Assembly (NCBI GenBank): GCA_964494655.1
Contig: CAZBRM010000004.1
Span: 1 to 41,427, forward strand
From: an uncultured Candidatus Saccharibacteria bacterium
Lineage (GTDB): Bacteria > Patescibacteriota > Minisyncoccia > Portnoybacterales > UBA2143
Reading direction: 5' to 3'
DNA length: 41,427 nt
Shown here: piece after piece, positions 39,648 to 41,427 of the stretch
Numbering within the stretch: position 1 is the stretch's first letter
Layout of the letters: the number at the start of each line of letters is the position of its first letter
The notes under the pieces: generated by a model
Told to the model about the DNA's origin: nothing
The model's input: the letters and a program-made list of their open reading frames with translations, nothing else
Database searches by the model: none
Translations under genes and position numbers: made by a program

Positions 39648-41321
39648 TTATTCAATAACTTCTTGGTTTTCGTCAATAGTTAAATCATCTGGCAAATCAG
39701 TATCAATCGGCCCATCGATCCCGTTTACTTCCAGATCAGCAAAATCATCATGACCAGAAGCTTTTGATTGGCCGATTAATTCTAATAAATGACCAACATT
39801 GGCCAATCCAGGAGTTATTGATACTTGAAAAGCAGTTTCTTTAACAGGCAAAAGAATTCCTGTAGCAGAAAGCAAATCTCCAATATCCCAAATAAGCTGG
39901 CCTGTATTAAAATTATATTTTAAATTGGAATTAGCAGGCTCAAACTTACCAATCCATTTTACATGAGGCGGCAAAAACACTTTAATTTTGACATCTCTTA
40001 AGTCATTGCTTGAATTAATTAATCTTAATTTAATTGTATAGGTAGTTGTTTGTCCAACTTTTGGCGGAATTGGCCCACTATTCATAATAGAATCGTCATT
40101 ATAATACGCTTGAGCTTGAACAGTTAATTGACTCTTTACTTTAACAGATATTATACTTTGCCCTGCAACATCAATATCTTTTAAGGATAATGGCGCTTCT
40201 AAAGAATCAACTTTAACTGTATTAATTATTTCAAAATTTTTGTCATTATAATTATTTATAGGAAGCGGTTTCTTAACTTCAATAGAAAAATTAACTTTTC
40301 CCTCTTGCCCGGGTCCTAAAAATTCTAATTCGGGTAAATTACTTGTCTTCCAGGTAATAATTTGTAAGTTTCCATCAAAAGAGCCGCTTTTTAAATCTAA
40401 AGTTGCATGATCTAAAACATTTCCTTCTAATTTTGAGGTTATAACAACGCTTCTAATACCTACATCTGTAGTATTCTTATAATTTATTTGATAATTTAAT
40501 TTTTCTCCTGATTCAGCAATATAATTAAACGAATCATTAACAGTCTGAATTACTGATAACGGAGACGATGAAATTTTTAAAGCGTTTATTGATTCAGAAT
40601 ATAAAATAAATTGATTATTATCTAAAATTCCTGCCTGAGCCTTAAAGAGCTTACTATCACCTTCTTCTCCATTAATATTTCCATTTATAAAAATTTCTAT
40701 TTCTTGCCCAGATTTTATTTTGTTTATAGACCAAACATTGTTTTTTTCTAATGATTGAGGCTCGGATGATTTAAAGTTAAAACCAGAAGGATAATCAATT
40801 TTAATTAAAAGATTGTCAAATGAAACATCTGATTGATTCATAAATTTCAAAGAAAATTCAAATGATTGTCCATTAACTAATTCCTTAGGCATATCAAAAT
40901 TAAGAATCAAAGGGACTGAAATTATTTCGCTTGAGAATTCCGATGAATTATTAAAAACAGAAGCAATATCGCCTGGTTTATAACTTAATTCAGTTGAAAC
41001 TTTTTTTATTTCATTTTTTAATCCTATAATTCTAACAGGAAATTCTATTTGATTTTCCTGTCCTGCCTCCAAATCAGCTAAATTCAAAGATTCAATTAAA
41101 TTATTACTGCCTGAATGAATTGACCCTTCAGGATAACGAAAGATTAATTTAACATTTTTTAAAGAAAGTCTAGTATTATTTTTATATTTAACCTTATAAA
41201 CAACCTCTTCTCCGCTAATAATTCTTTCCGAACCGCTTATTTCTAATTTAACATTATCTATATCAAAAGAAGTTAGCCCCCGCCAAAACATAAATCCAGC
41301 TGTTACTAAAAAAATAAACAC
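39648..41321 (-). CDS. large hypothetical envelope protein with N-terminal TM segment and repeated beta-rich modules
   Basis: Recurrent ...YKVKYKNNT..L.NVKL / ...INYKNTTDVGIRSVVI / ...IKLRLINSSNDLRDVKI segments look like DUF11/CARDB-type beta-sandwich repeats. The start is uncertain: the frame is open to 41393 and the GTG at 41321 truncates the TM helix. Confidence 0.5.
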   Translation of the reverse strand: MFIFLVTAGFMFWRGLTSFDIDNVKLEISGSERIISGEEVVYKVKYKNNTRLSLKNVKLIFRYPEGSIHSGSNNLIESLNLADLEAGQENQIEFPVRIIGLKNEIKKVSTELSYKPGDIASVFNNSSEFSSEIISVPLILNFDMPKELVNGQSFEFSLKFMNQSDVSFDNLLIKIDYPSGFNFKSSEPQSLEKNNVWSINKIKSGQEIEIFINGNINGEEGDSKLFKAQAGILDNNQFILYSESINALKISSSPLSVIQTVNDSFNYIAESGEKLNYQINYKNTTDVGIRSVVITSKLEGNVLDHATLDLKSGSFDGNLQIITWKTSNLPELEFLGPGQEGKVNFSIEVKKPLPINNYNDKNFEIINTVKVDSLEAPLSLKDIDVAGQSIISVKVKSQLTVQAQAYYNDDSIMNSGPIPPKVGQTTTYTIKLRLINSSNDLRDVKIKVFLPPHVKWIGKFEPANSNLKYNFNTGQLIWDIGDLLSATGILLPVKETAFQVSITPGLANVGHLLELIGQSKASGHDDFADLEVNGIDGPIDTDLPDDLTIDENQEVIE

Positions 41322-41427
41322 TATTGAAACTGAACCGATCAGTAAATATTTCTTTTGTTTAGCAGAAAGTAAAAATAGTTTTTTTTCTGTTTTCTACCAT
41401 TCTTTCGAAGATTTTTTTTCTCTTTCT

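Noticed and set aside
1-41427. Retron, DGR, toxin-antitoxin pair or known defence system
   Set aside because: There is no reverse transcriptase, no template/variable repeat pair, no recognisable TA pair and no defence-gene signature (nucleases, helicases, STAND or TIR domains) anywhere in the window. The ORF48 type I toxin idea is kept only as a hypothesis.

Overview
A 41.4-kb window from an AT-rich, gene-dense bacterium. The gene content fits a reduced genome such as CPR/Patescibacteria: many aminoacyl-tRNA synthetases, ComEC/DprA, a class II RNR and little metabolism. That assignment is inference only. From about 6.6 kb to the end the region is ordinary housekeeping: cobO, an intein-containing nrdJ, ftsZ/ftsA, ybeY, rpsU, hisS, lepB, pth, dprA, topA, a RelA/SpoT homologue, parAB, tRNA-Leu(CAA), tsaC, leuS, tatD, metG, rsmI, glyQS and a few membrane or unknown proteins. 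The first 6.5 kb is the anomaly. Between the divergent comEC start (437) and the cobO stop (6598) lies a plus-strand array of about 11 self-contained mini transcription units. Most units have a near-consensus TTGACA-N16-18-TATAAT-like promoter, a short leader with a strong SD, one small cargo, and a hairpin terminator. Units 9 and 10 depart from this: unit 9 has no terminator and unit 10 has only a weak promoter. The cargo is an unrelated protein of 83-292 aa or, in two units, a structured RNA with no SD-led ORF. Units are separated by a conserved block of about 50 nt. Terminators and leaders fall into a few homologous families, while the cargo proteins look unrelated and are visibly more G+C-rich than the host genes. 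Two 200-bp direct repeats that carry an antisense 48-codon hydrophobic ORF bracket units 1-8. All repeat homology breaks at a common CATGTG core. The last repeat is a half-copy fused to the 3' end of a 49-codon ORF that is translationally coupled to cobO. I read this as a candidate cassette platform, an integron-like or moron-like insertion array with no recombinase visible in the window. Secondary points of interest are an HNH/NUMOD3-type intein at the catalytic Cys of NrdJ with a non-canonical Arg-Gln C-terminus, a GC-rich in-frame palindrome inside topA, and a 14 x 21-bp heptad-repeat gene.
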